A DNA stretch of 64,000 nt, taken from positions 138,818,001 through 138,882,000 of the forward strand of contig OZ024740.1 in NCBI GenBank assembly GCA_964016885.1. Reading direction: 5' to 3'. Below the pieces are notes generated by a model. That model was not told the origin of the DNA and did no database searches. It worked only from the letters and a program-made list of their open reading frames with translations. Shown here one piece after another: positions 14,351 through 28,051 of the stretch. The translations under genes and the position numbers were made by a program. The stretch comes from Eledone cirrhosa (lineage: Eukaryota). The stretch's first letter is position 1. The number at the start of each line of letters is the position of its first letter.

Positions 14351-15984
14351 ACAATTCGGTCATGCTGGAAACGAAGACACCAACAACAGTATATTGCACT
14401 TCAACTTTGTCAGACAGAATACAGGAATTCTAGACGGAAACAGGAGTGGAGGTATATTACATCATAAGCCGCTCGTTTTTTGCTCTCTTTCTCCAACTGA
14501 AGCAGAAATGTCATTAAGATTTGTTTTCATATGGCATTCAGTACATCAGCCCTTAAATTAATCATCATATATATTATATATTTTTAGAATATAACTTTAT
14601 CCACCTTGCTACCATCTGGTATCTAAGAATAGAATTTCCCTTTGCCATCTAATGAAAAGAATATTCCATTGTTCCATTGTTTGTGATTTGGAATTGACAA
14701 CCATAGTTACAAATACGCATACACAGACACACAAACGAAGGCAGAGAGTGAGATTCTATGAAGTCGTGCGACATGTCAGTAATAGCAGCTTAAATTCCCT
14801 CGTATTCCGTTTTACCGAGTTAAAGAAAGAAGAACACATTGGATAATGTTGTCCTCAACTCATTGCGTTTCGGAGAAGGAGAGATGTGAGAGTCATGGCT
14901 GGAATATCATTGGTCTTTCCTCAACAGCAATAGAAACAAATATACAATTTATGATCAGTAAATCGTAGTCTGCCCTTTGTATTGTGTTTATTTTAAAATG
15001 TATGTGAGACTGTTTCCTTTTTTCTGATTCTTCCTCCACTACTACAACATCCTTTGCTCAACAGATCCAATTCATTCACCTCATTTCTATCCATCACCCT
15101 TTCTGTGTCTCATACTCACAAACATTTCTCAAAGGACATGTTGTTCAATCAAGAGGCGGATTGATAGAATATTGGACAAAATGCATTGCAGTATCTTGTT
15201 CCGGTCCTTGGCGTTCTGAGTATGAACTGAGTATTAAACTGAGGTCAACTTTGTCGTTTATTCCAACAGTGTTGATAAAACCGTGACAAATCTAATCTAC
15301 TGTTAGATTTCTTCAAACAAGAGACAAACGCTAAGAATTCCGAACGAATATTCATTGATACTGGTTCTCAAGTGATGAATAAGGCTCTAAGCTCTCAACA
15401 ACTACAGTATTCCAATAAATAACAGTTGGTCCATATATTATTATTTGAAAAACATAACTGGAGGAACAATTCCAATAAAAAGTGTATACCACACATTGGA
15501 GAGTATGTTTTATTTTTATATTTGATTCTAGTATGACTTCTAGTAAGCATTCACACCCTTTGTTTTCCACGACAGCGTATTTTACCATTTCACTATTTCA
15601 CCAGTTATAGCTATGCCAACCAACGTCTACTATGCTGTTAGTTAGCAGTAATTTAAAATTTTTAAGAGTAGAAATACTAATCCCTTTTCATCTTTCCCAT
15701 TCCTTTTTATGCTGATATATTACGATGCCAGTAGACAGTCGACTAATCATAAGTTTTCGTTTATCTGTCGTCCATTGTTCAACCTCTTTCCCCTTGTTCA
15801 ATCTCATGTCCCTTTTCGTCTATTCCTATGGGAAGAGTATCTGTCCTTTTCATCTACTTTATATAGATGAGCCTAGTCGGTGTCGAGGAAATTCAAGCAC
15901 AACGTCAACTGAAACAGCCAAATTAGATTACCAAAATCATGAAATCGTGTAATTTTCTAACCGTTCCTTTACACCAACCTATAT

Positions 15985-16030
<46 letters not shown>

Positions 16031-16110
16031 GAGTTTTTTTTTTCCAAAATGAAAAAAAACGAGATGTCCTACACGAGTGAAAGTATAAGGGGAGAATATT
16101 TATTTGATTC

Positions 16111-16146
16111 CTTTACCGGTTTCGCAGTTCTTATGCTTTTCAAAAG
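16111..16146 (-). ncRNA. minimal hammerhead, U3:A8 variant
   Basis: cuu-UUGAAAA-gca(uaagaac)ugc-GAAA-CCGG-UA-aag then AAUAAA; inside ~155-bp element 16022-16175 between (TA)n tracts; its terminus recurs at 35772-35835. Confidence 0.7.
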
Positions 16147-16170
16147 TAGAATTGAGATGGAGGGTTTGTG

Positions 16171-16522
<352 letters not shown>

Positions 16523-16667
16523 ATATATATATATATATATGGAAGAAATAGTGGACTGTAAGGGGGCTATGCTGAAGAATAAAACTCATTTGGTCACATT
16601 CCATGAGAGTATCGTGATCAGCCTATGAACTTTTCAGCTGTGTGCATGTATGTTCATATACATTTGA

Positions 16668-16933
16668 CAGGGCATGTGGTTAGAATGTATCAGGAAAGAA
16701 TCGCGGGACAGATTTTACGAGCATAACCAACCAATGGGAGACCCAGGGGTAAACCCCGAGCAAGATGGTTGAATAACATTCCTGAGCTTGGTTGGTCACG
16801 CTGGAAGGAGTGTTTGAGGATTCTGTGACCACGACCCTCTCGGGAATAAATGGGTGAAGAAGAAGAAGAAGAAGAAGAAGAAGAAGAAGAAGAAGAAGAA
16901 GAAGAAGAAGAAGAAGAAGAAGAAGAAGAAGAA
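16668..16933 (+). mobile_element. RTE-type LINE 3' end with (GAA)n tail
   Basis: GHVVRM...[11 protein letters not shown]-like C-terminal coding remnant and (GAA)n; homologous to 57718-58150 (-). Confidence 0.7.
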
Positions 16934-17080
16934 GCTCGGCTAGAATGTGTTGCAATATTTGTTTCTGCTCCGTGGGCAGTTCGAATCTCATCGAAGTCAG
17001 CTTTACATTTCATTATTTCGAGGTCGATAAATAAAGTCCCAGTACTAAGAACGATTCTTCTCTCTCTCTCTCTAACAATA

Positions 17081-17390
<310 letters not shown>

Positions 17391-17765
17391 TGTGTGTGTG
17401 TGTGACGATGATGATGACAATGAGGATGACGATGAAGATGATGATGAGGTGGGGTGAATTAATAAAGAAGAAAAAGAAATAACAAAGAGCTTGGCATAAA
17501 ACAATAGTTTAGTAATTCAGACAAGAAAAAATATAAAGAAGTGGGTGGGATAAGTGATAGAGAGCAATAGAGAAAGGGAGAGGCGAGTGACGATAAGAGG
17601 GTGTGAGACATGAGTGGGGTGCAGTAGTGAGAGGAGAAATGAAATTATATTAGCTAACATTTAATATCTACTCTTCCCACTACCAGCACCATTCACACAC
17701 TGTTGATACTCTAAATAAACATTGAGTGGTTGGCATGGAATAACAAGTGTTTATATAAACATATG

Positions 17766-17807
<42 letters not shown>

Positions 17808-18744
17808 CATATATACATCCTGCACACAGAAGCACACAGACACATATGTAATTGATGGATATTTTATATACATTTACGCTCGCGATTATTATGTGTGTAT
17901 GTGTTTCTTTTTTTTTTTGGTGTGTGTGTATATATAATCAAGTCATGTGCTGAACAAGTGGTTCTTGAAAACTGAATCTTTTACAAATGTGTTGCTAACA
18001 ATAAAACCTGAAGACAATGAGTAATAATAAAGATATTTGTTTTGTTTAATAAGAAGGAAGTCAATACTGAAGTGGAATATATTACTCGATTGTTTTCTTC
18101 ATACCAAATAATTACTGGTACTGAAAGGATAGTGGGGCGTATGAAAAACAGAAGTTGGCGGATGATTGCCGCAGGAACAGATGGACTACCATGTGCCGTC
18201 TATAGGCCATTTGAGTTGGGCCGATGAGTGTTAGCAGGAAATTCCCTCAGTAAAACTGAGTATTGCAGGAATAAACAGTAGAAGAATCAAGAACAATAAC
18301 GCAGAAGCAATAGACAGGCACTTAGGTGGCTCTGGCAGAAACGTGGCCGGTGGACGAACATGATACACAAATACATGATGATGGCTGCAACTCGATTTCG
18401 AGTAAAGCCATCGCTTGATACTTAAGCATAAGCATCACAGTCGTGGCTTTTTAGTCTTGCCAACAACGTCACATATCAAATAACGTGGCAAACAACGTCA
18501 CATATCAAACAACGTGGCAAACAACGTCACATATCAAACAATTACTCTGCTTGAAGCTGTTTTAAGCGAAGAAAGGCTTTGCACGGGACCAATCCCACAT
18601 TCTGAACATCTAATGCATTTGCACAAAATGAAGAACTGTTTACATAATTAGGTGCAAACAAAGTCACAGGTTTTATAATATAAAGATCTTCTTTTAGAGA
18701 TGTCTTAATGAAGACAAGGAGTCTCTTTCGCTCCACAAAAAAAA

Positions 18745-19575
18745 AGGTTATTGGATGGCCGTTGACCCTTCTGAGTTCCTAGGCACTTTGACGGGTTTAG
18801 TTTTTCATCCAGCAGGGTGCCCCAAATCACCCTCCCCAACAAGCAAGCTTGGCGGGGTTGTCGGTTTAGTCAACGACGACCCGACCATGCACAGGTTGTA
18901 CTGGGTTACATGTTGCCAGTAGCGCTTAAGAGCAACCTGACATAAATACATACATACATGCATACATACATACTTACATTCATACATACATACATACATG
19001 GTGGCTGCCAACTCGTTTTCGAGTACGGCCACTACTTTATATCCATGTAGGAGAACCCCTACCGATGCGCTGAACGAGTGTGACTTTTTAGTCCAGCCAG
19101 CGACTTGAAAACTCTGGTACAAACACTACACTTGTGACAATTATTGACACATAGTGCTGGGCCCTTGGTACCATGCGACGACAAGTGCAGAGAAGTCTCC
19201 AGATATAAAGCAATGCCTGTGCCGTGAAGCTTTTATAGTGAGCAAAGGCACTGCACAAAGCCAGTTTCACTCTCTTAACCAAGATGATATTTACCAAAAA
19301 GAAGAACAAGTCAACATCATTGGATACCATTAGGGTTGCAGGTGTTATATCAGAGTTTTCCTTCTCCTAGAATTCTGCCTTGACAAAGGCTAAGGGGTCA
19401 TCTCTCCCGGTGATTTTGGATGGCCATTGACTCTTAAGAGCTCCTTTGCCCTTTGACAGGTTTTGTTTTTAGTCCTGCAGGATGTCCAAAGTCACCCTCC
19501 TCACCAAGAAACCTTGGTGGGGTTGTCAGTTTAGTCCATGAGACAGGTTGTACTGGGATACATGTTACCAGTAGC
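18745..19575 (-). mobile_element. non-autonomous element(s) bounded by (TACA)n, RTE-5'UTR-like
   Basis: 18745-18930 repeated at 19400-19575; 18997-19327 repeated at 51082-51380; minus strand CTAGGAGAAGGAAAACTCTG resembles RTE 5' UTR motifs. Confidence 0.55.
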
Positions 19576-19598
19576 ACATACATACATACATACATACA

Positions 19599-19629
<31 letters not shown>

Positions 19630-19943
19630 TTACATACATACATATACACACACATATATACATACATATTTACATACATACATTCATACATATAAATATG
19701 CATATTTACATACATATTAACGTATCCATATGATGTTGGCGCACGCATGAATGAGTACTCAATACCGAAGTAGAGTTTAATGATATTCTTTATGATTAAG
19801 TGATAAATCTTGTACTTCTGAAGTTTCACCTCTGTACAGTACTCACAGAATATTCAGACAAGTTTTGTCTAATGATCCTGTGAGCACACAGAATAAAAAG
19901 ACTCATTACTTAGCCATAATAAAGAATATTTCACATACGAATA

Positions 19944-20016
<73 letters not shown>

Positions 20017-20024
20017 GTATATAT

Positions 20025-20324
20025 AAAATTGAGTACGTGTTGGTTGCTTACCGACACTTCATTATGCAGGTTAGAGCACTCAACGATGTGCGCAGGTGAG
20101 TCTTTTTCCTCCGGAGTAATTTAAAACAAGAAGTGTATGTCAAGAGGTTAAAATTAACTTCGTTTATTCATATTCACTGCAATATATATTTCGCTGATAA
20201 CCATTATTCAACAGTTATGATATCATCAGGTAGCTAGAACTTGAACAGAAAAAATAGGGAAACATTATTTTTACAGTGAATATGAATATACGAAGTTAAT
20301 TTTAACCTGTTGACTTACACTTCT

Positions 20325-20331
<7 letters not shown>
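20025..20331 (-). mobile_element. fold-back mini-element in (TA)n
   Basis: inverted arms 20122-20179 / 20274-20331, ~95-bp unique tail on the left. Confidence 0.7.
20176..20234 (-). ncRNA. hammerhead ribozyme candidate
   Basis: CUGAUGA...auaac/guuau stem II...GAAA-UAUAUA-UU-gcag then AAUAAA; one stem-I mismatch. Confidence 0.55.
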
Positions 20332-20367
<36 letters not shown>

Positions 20368-20869
20368 CAAAGTAATGTAAATATAAGGTGTATGCTTTTC
20401 TCTTTCAGCACTTCCCTTTTTACCTACTGTTCTGGTGTTAACATCTCTGATATTTCTCTCTCCTTATTCCAGGTCGTAAAGGCCCCTAACATTACCCTTC
20501 CTTCAGCATTTTCCCACTTATACGCATTTACACGTTTTATTCACATTTCAAAGAATCTGTTTGTTTTATTCACATTGCTTTTTTTCGCAGCGGCTGTCTG
20601 CTGTTTATAGTTAATTTCGGAAGGCATCTTGTTTTTCTTAACACTGTAGTGCCTCATTTTGTCGAAAAACGCTCTTACTCTGTATACCTGTTTCTTGTTT
20701 TGTCTATTCGCTATTAGCTCGAGCCTTATAAACTCCTTGTGCAGCTGTAGGTCCGGCCCTACTGTATGCATTGACACCGCGTTGTTACGTAACCTACCGT
20801 CGGTTACTGAAGTCGTCGAGTCCCTTGCGTGTTTTCGTTCTCATTGGGCTAATTTTGATATATATATAA

Positions 20870-21370
20870 ATATTATAAAAAATGGAGGGCTGCGTGGTTG
20901 CACATGGGTTACATATGAATAAAATTAGTCCTTCATCAGTGATCTTCCAACCTTCATTGGTATTTCATCACTTTAAAAATCATATACCTCTAGTTGGTGC
21001 GAGCAATAACAAATAAAGTTATTGGGACAAGTAAAATAGGGTGAAACGAGCGAGATATGTAAACAAACAACGATGTTATGGCAACGGAAAGATAGGAAGA
21101 GACAAGCACATGAAATTTGTAAGCTTAAGCTTGGTGAATTCATGGACGAGAGATACAGACCATCCGACATGGGTGAGATGTGAGCGAGAAAAGGGTCTCT
21201 TCCTATCTTTCCGTTGCAATACCATCGTTGTTTGTTTACATGTCTCGCTCGTTTCACCCTATTTTACTTGTCCCAATAACTTTATTTGTTATTGCTCGCA
21301 CCAACCAGAGGTATATGATTTTTAAAGCGATGAAATACCAATGAAAGTTGGAAGATCACTGATGAAGGAC

Positions 21371-21379
<9 letters not shown>
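20870..21379 (-). mobile_element. fold-back element in (TA)n
   Basis: 185-bp inverted arms 20919-21103 / 21195-21379 (about 6 mismatches), ~90-bp spacer, ~45-bp tail. Confidence 0.8.
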
Positions 21380-21412
<33 letters not shown>

Positions 21413-21417
<5 letters not shown>

Positions 21418-21607
21418 TAAAGAAATGTTAGCCTGATAGGGGGGTTTAGAACCCTCAGAGAAATGGAAAAAGATGAGTATTGACATACATGTACGTCAAT
21501 ACTCATCTTTTTCCATTATCAGGCTAAAATTTCTTTAGTAAAAAAAATACGGTGAAAGCTTCTATTTTCTAATTTCAAACTTGCTCACTGTTTCAAAACA
21601 TACTTAC
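21413..21607 (+). mobile_element. fold-back mini-element in (TA)n
   Basis: atggaaaaagatgagtattgac / gtcaatactcatctttttccat hairpin plus outer arms aagaaatgttagcctgata / tatcaggctaaaatttctt; ~65-bp tail. Confidence 0.7.
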
Positions 21608-21614
21608 ATATATA

Positions 21615-21663
<49 letters not shown>

Positions 21664-21699
21664 AAATAAAGATCCGAAGGCATGGTATATATTTCCAAT

Positions 21700-21786
21700 C
21701 ATTTTAATCACGACACATGTTTCAATAAGAGATAGATCGATCGTGTGGCCATGATCGATTATCACTGATCTCGTCAGTAGAAAATG
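21700..21786 (-). ncRNA. hammerhead candidate at 3' end of PLE
   Basis: CUGACGA, long stem II (aucgauc/gaucgau), GAAA-caugug-UC; stem I imperfect. Confidence 0.5.
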
Positions 21787-23076
21787 AATTGTCTTCAAAT
21801 CCTTGAAATGAGGGAGAAAATTTAACGATATTCACTCACTAGAGTTTTGTCCCCCATATGAAGAATCAGCAGCCAAAACACGCCGACTGCTATCGTCCTC
21901 AGTTAGGGTCATAAAACTATCAAGTCTCTATCTCTCAATAGCTGTAAAAGACGCTGGACGGGTCTAATCTCAACATCAAATCTTTTGAATTACAGTCGGT
22001 CACAGTTAGTGTGAGTGAGTACACACACACTCACACACACCGACGCGGGATCGAAGAAAAAAAATATATACAAACCAACATAGTATTCACCGAAAGTTAG
22101 TTTACAAAACAACAAATGTTATATTGGTCAAATCTCCATTTGACGATGTAAATTGGAGAAATTGGGTCAACCGCAACCCTATACACACGCAAGTAAATTC
22201 AGTTCAATGTTCTGCTATACGTGTTTCGATTGAATTGTAAATAGTGTATGTTATATACACATCTGTATCGTCTAAAAAAAGTGTATGTTTTGGTATATAC
22301 ACATCCATGTGAAGAGCAAGTAGTCAGCTCATATCGAACTCTGTATGTGCCGTTGTCCCATTGAGAATCTGAGTCCCCAAATCTGTGCGTGCAAGCAACC
22401 GCCATGTAGGCCACCAAGGGGCTCTGTGTAGGGTTGGGTATTTGAGTTAAGGTGTCAGTATGTGCGTTTTACCGTCATATGGGCTCTTTGCCTTTTAAGA
22501 TAGGTGTTTGAGTGGTGGAGGTGTGTTACCCAACACAGAAATAAAATTAAAAGGAATAGCAAAACCCCGAGGATGTGTGTAAGCCCATTAATGGTGTGTA
22601 AGTAATATTGTCCAATCAGTAACCGTGAGCACTCCATTGTTAGATGATCACGGATCAAAACCTAGTGTAGTGTTCAATTGATAGGATTGTAACTGTGGGA
22701 ACTCCGTGTCTAAAGAAACCGGGTACTGTGTGTAGAGTCATGTATAAAGAGCGTAATCAGTCTTAACTGAGTGTGTAATACGTCTAACTATTTACTAACC
22801 GAGAGAACTCAATGGTTAGGGTATTCTAAAGTAATGGTGAAAGCGCGTAATCGGTCTTAACTGAGTGTGTAATCATTCTAACTATTTACTAACTAGGTAT
22901 TCTAAAGTAGTCGTAAATGTGCACTCAGCTGTGAGAACTCTGTGGAAACAAACCGAGTACCGTTTGTAAGTGCGCAAACGATGTAAGCTGTCTACTACCT
23001 GAGTGTGGGATTGTCTGTTTTTTGATAATTGAGAGAACTCTATGGCTAAGGTAAAAAGGGAGGAGTTAGTGGTAGG

Positions 23077-24743
23077 TTACTTTCCAAAAATCCTGCGGAA
23101 CGTTTTCGAGGTTCTATGTTGGCAGTTGCTGAAAAAATCCGCTCCCCTATTGATTAATAGGGGGCCGCCTCTAATAATATTAAAGGTTTCAGCTATACAT
23201 AAATTACAGACGCCCGTGCTGCCGTTATAAGGCTGGGCTGGGCAAATTATGGACCAGGATAAGGAGTGCTCTATATTCTGTTGTTTAAGCTTCCAGACTA
23301 ATTCAGAAAGCGCCGTGCTATTTTTTTAATCTAATCTATTAAAGGTATCGTGGTGATTATACCATCTATCCTTAAATTCCGTGGAAGTTGCCCCAACATA
23401 CCTGAAGGTTCTATCTAAAGTGGAGACCTTACAGTCGTAGACTATGTTTTTGGTGAGGCATTTCCCAGCCATGGGGCAAGTGGCGGTGTTCCTGCAATTA
23501 CATTTTCTGTTATCGACCTGGGTAGTTCCAGAGGAACCACAGTACCTCTGTTGTCGGGTCTCAGTTCTTGTCTTCTCTATAGGTAAGTTCCCAGGGGTTG
23601 GGGTGACCCGACTCGCCTCACGCGTATGAGTCCGTTCATCCATAGAGCTGCCATGTCTCATCCCGCCTTGGGCTGTCCTAAGTCTACTATAATTCATCTT
23701 AGCTATATTCTGAGCTATATTACTGATTGTGGAGTAGGGCAGCTTGATCGTATTCCTATTGAATATTTTATAGTATCTATGTGATCTAAGGAAGCATTTG
23801 TCTAAGGCCCCAAAGAAAAGCTTAGCTATACTCGTGGTCAGGTCGGTGGAGAATGGGGGGTTGTACCACAGGATTTTTCTGGTCCGATGCCTCTTGTTCT
23901 TATTATCTATACTAGTGTTACCTGTCTCCTTGGTTGCTACTGGTCTATTAGAACTGATAACTGCCTGTGGGGCGATGGTGTCCTGGGGTGTCCAAATGGT
24001 GTTCGGAATCGTCCCAAGTCTCCGGGCGGTGTACTCCCCCATGCAGTTATTGGGACTACCCTCGATAGCCGGGGTTATATCCACTATGCGCCTCCTACAT
24101 TTATTCCTATTCCCTCTACCCGACCCCCGTACCATTTTACGTTCGACGGTTGTTTTATCAGTTGTACAATTAAGGTTACAATTAGAGTTTCTGCTGGCAG
24201 TACGGTGCTCGGACCCCGTGTTTGTACCTGGGTGATTGTTTCCATTGGTACCATCGACATTGGGACTAGGAGGCAATACAACATGAAATCTATATTGATC
24301 CTCCCTCGCCTCCCGCCTGCTCTTAACTAAAGTGTCACTATTTTGGCCAAAACTATCGCAGGCAATGTTGTTACTACTATTTAATGGATGTTTCAATGAG
24401 ATTACATCGCTATGCCCCGCGCGTTCCAGGGCGTATTATAGTAATTCGAGATCCTATCAACAGTATCTTAATTGGAAGATAGTCCTGAAATTCTACTAGA
24501 GACGCTTTTGGTAATACCGTTAGTGACTATTCTAGCGTGGTTCGATCTTGCGTTGACATAATTTAAATTCTCGTTGGGTTTGTGGTAGGGTTGGAAGAGT
24601 CCTGAATTGAGGTTAAGTGTAACATCTAGAAAATTAACTATCTTCAGGTTTTCTTCAAACACTATACTTAAGTCTATGTTGTTGAAGAATTTGCTTAGTT
24701 TTTTCCTCACCCTCTCTACCATACTATTATTATGGAACGACAC
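23077..24743 (-). pseudogene. PLE polyprotein remnant (RT thumb, linker, GIY-YIG endonuclease)
   Basis: NFLDVTLNL...YHKP...SNH; RKILWYNPPFS; CNCRNTATCP..CL; IVY...YVG...FKDRWYNH; in-frame continuation past TAA at 23326 reads STALSELVWKLK...CNLCIAE...CQH to stop at 23077. Confidence 0.9.
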
Positions 24744-24755
24744 AGTTTTGTTACA

Positions 24756-25636
24756 AGGCCTGAAATTACCCAGTGCATTACTGGTACTTTATTTTATCGA
24801 CCCCGTAAGGATGAATGGCAAAGTTAACCTCGGCGGGATTCGAACTCAGAATGGCAAGGGCCGTATAACATTCGATTCGATTGCAATTATACAAAAAAAC
24901 CTCATTCTACTGACATGGCTATAAAATTGAGGCTTGTTTACATAATTGCAAACGAATCGAATGTTATTATTCTGAGTTCAAATCCCGCCGAGGTTGACTT
25001 TGCCTTTCATCCTTACGGGGTCGATAAAATAAAGTACCAGTAATGCACTGGGTAATTGCTGGCCTTATGCCTAAAGTAGAAACAATTATTAATATTCAAA
25101 ACACTCAGATTACATTTATTGTATTCAGCCTTGTAGAGCGAACATTTATATTTATTTATTTGAATGTGGCAAAGCCGGCCATTTATCGCTCGTATACAGG
25201 AAACTGATCAGCCAGTCTGCTAATATGCAAATCAGGCAGATCAGTCACTGTATATTTTAGAAAATAGCATATATTTTCACTAGCTCTGACAGTTGGCAGG
25301 TGAACAGTGAGCTGTACTGATGAAGGGTGATACCCAGAAACATTAGTGTCTGCAGTTCTGTTTACATGCCAACACAAGAGCAAGAATGAAAGGTTCATTC
25401 TACTGACATGACTTTAATGTTATTATTAATGCTTTGACACATAGAGTTACTGCCCTTGTCATTCCGAGTTCAAATCCCGCCGAGGTTAACTTTGCCTTTC
25501 ATCTTTACGGGGTCGATAAAATAAAGTACCAGCAATGTACTGGATAATTGCTGTCCTTGTGCCAAAAGTAGAAACAATTATTAATATTCAAAAAACTCAG
25601 ATTACATTTATTGTAATCAGCCATGTAGAGAGAAAA

Positions 25637-25640
<4 letters not shown>
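24756..25640. mobile_element. rearranged major-SINE cluster (one - copy, two + copies)
   Basis: 24756-24870 (-), 24971-25090 (+), 25430-25582 (+); flanking sequence duplicated with the + copies. Confidence 0.8.
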
Positions 25641-25684
<44 letters not shown>

Positions 25685-25687
<3 letters not shown>

Positions 25688-26233
25688 GATAAATCTACCA
25701 AGAGTTTACGGTAGTGTCCAATCCGTATGAAGAACTCAATGTATTCCGGATATCATGGAAAGAAGAGATGTAATGCAAAATCACTTTCGGTGAAAGATAA
25801 ACGGTATACAGAGTCAAGATAAAATATTAAACAAATAATGAATAAACAATGAAACAGTTCCTTATATTAAACAAAAAAAGTTCATTATTTAACGATCGTT
25901 TCTAGGATATATATGTGTTAGAATTGGCATGCATATTCAACAGATCTATGTACAAAATTATACAAAATTATACAAACTATCAAGATTAAATATACATACC
26001 AACACATATATACGCCGTCTTCAGAAATAATTATTTCTGAAGACGGCGTATATATGTGTTGGTATGTATATTTAATCTTGATAGTTTGTATAATTTTGTA
26101 TAATTTTGTACATAGATCTGTTGAATATGCATGCCAATTCTAACACATATATATCCTAGAAACGATCGTTAAATAATGAACTTTTTTTGTTTAATATAAG
26201 GAACTGTTTCATTGTTTATTCATTATTTGTTTA

Positions 26234-26242
<9 letters not shown>
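25685..26242 (-). mobile_element. fold-back element with perfect 424-bp palindrome in (TA)n
   Basis: arms 25819-26030 / 26031-26242 with no spacer; 134-bp unique tail on the left. Confidence 0.9.
26031..26176 (+). ncRNA. hammerhead ribozyme with extended stem II (mirror copy 25885-26030 on -)
   Basis: uuauuu-CUGAAGA-[uauauauguguugg...cuaacacauauaua]-GAAA-CGAUCG-UU-aaauaa; perfect 6-bp stem I. Confidence 0.75.
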
Positions 26243-26274
<32 letters not shown>

Positions 26275-26719
26275 ATACTTGGGGAGGGTCATATTTGTGT
26301 AATAATATTGCCAGAATTAATAACAGAACACACTCACTGTTTTGTTGGTTTTCGCTTCTGTGTCTTTTATATCGGTTAATTTAATTTATTCGGTCCTCAA
26401 TGTTACCATTTTTTTTTGTCTTCTCTGCGCATGCGTTTGCGTGTGTGTATAGTGTTTTATTTGATGTGTGTTCGTGTTTGGGTGTATTGGTTATTGTATT
26501 CTGTCTTAGTTTACTAGTGTGTGTTTATATGTGTTTGTTGTTATTGTGCTTGTGTATGTATTTATTTATTTATTTATTTATATTTCTCTTAGGTCAGTGT
26601 TGTTTGTTTGGGTGTTTTGTTATTCCATTCATTTTTTCTGTTTAGCCTTGGCCTTCTAAGTTCTATATCAAAAAACCTCGCAAAAAAAAAAAAAAAAATT
26701 ATATATATATATATATATA

Positions 26720-27395
<676 letters not shown>

Positions 27396-27969
27396 TCTTC
27401 CAACTATCTCCGTCGCTATTCCTAGCAAGTGACGATTGATACCATAAAGCTAACGTGACCATCACTATAATATGCGAGAAATAACAGTCAGATCATACCC
27501 TACACTCTCTTTTTAAAAGGCACATTGTATGATGCAGTCCATGATATACTTTGTTTGGATAAAGGACGGGATGGTCAGGGTTTTAGTGCTTTTACCACTT
27601 AATCAGTGCTAATCTGGAGCTGGAAAGACCAGAAAAATTTCTAGAACAATGTCCATTCTCATTACAATGATCATTACAGACCACCCCCACCTCCACTATC
27701 AATAGCAGCTGCGGTTACCATTACACTAACAATAGCAATAACCTCAACTACAATACGAACACCAATAACGATGTTCTCTTCAACTACAATGCTCAATATA
27801 GGACCACCAACAGTATCTACTACTACTAAAACTACTACTACTACTACTACTAACTACTAGTAGTAGTGGTAGTAGTAGTAGTACTACCACCACCAGAGTA
27901 CAGAGTTGTTATCAAAATGTTTTATTTCCATCCAATTCTATATCAACAGAGTAACATGTGTTCGTTATT

Positions 27970-28051
<82 letters not shown>

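Larger units (their letters stand above)
21662..24745 (-). mobile_element. 5'-truncated Penelope-like retroelement (probably Hydra-group)
   Basis: RT C-terminus and GIY-YIG ORF, long 3' region ending at (TA)n with HHR-like motif; 5' end cut by a SINE. Confidence 0.8.

Noticed and set aside
20973-21325. Mirror-image 94-aa ORFs on both strands
   Set aside because: Consequence of the inverted repeat; the same holds for 39738-39944 and 40319-40525.
21325-21379. CTGATGA in the 20870 fold-back arms as a hammerhead
   Set aside because: No downstream GAAA and UH with closing stem I could be assembled.
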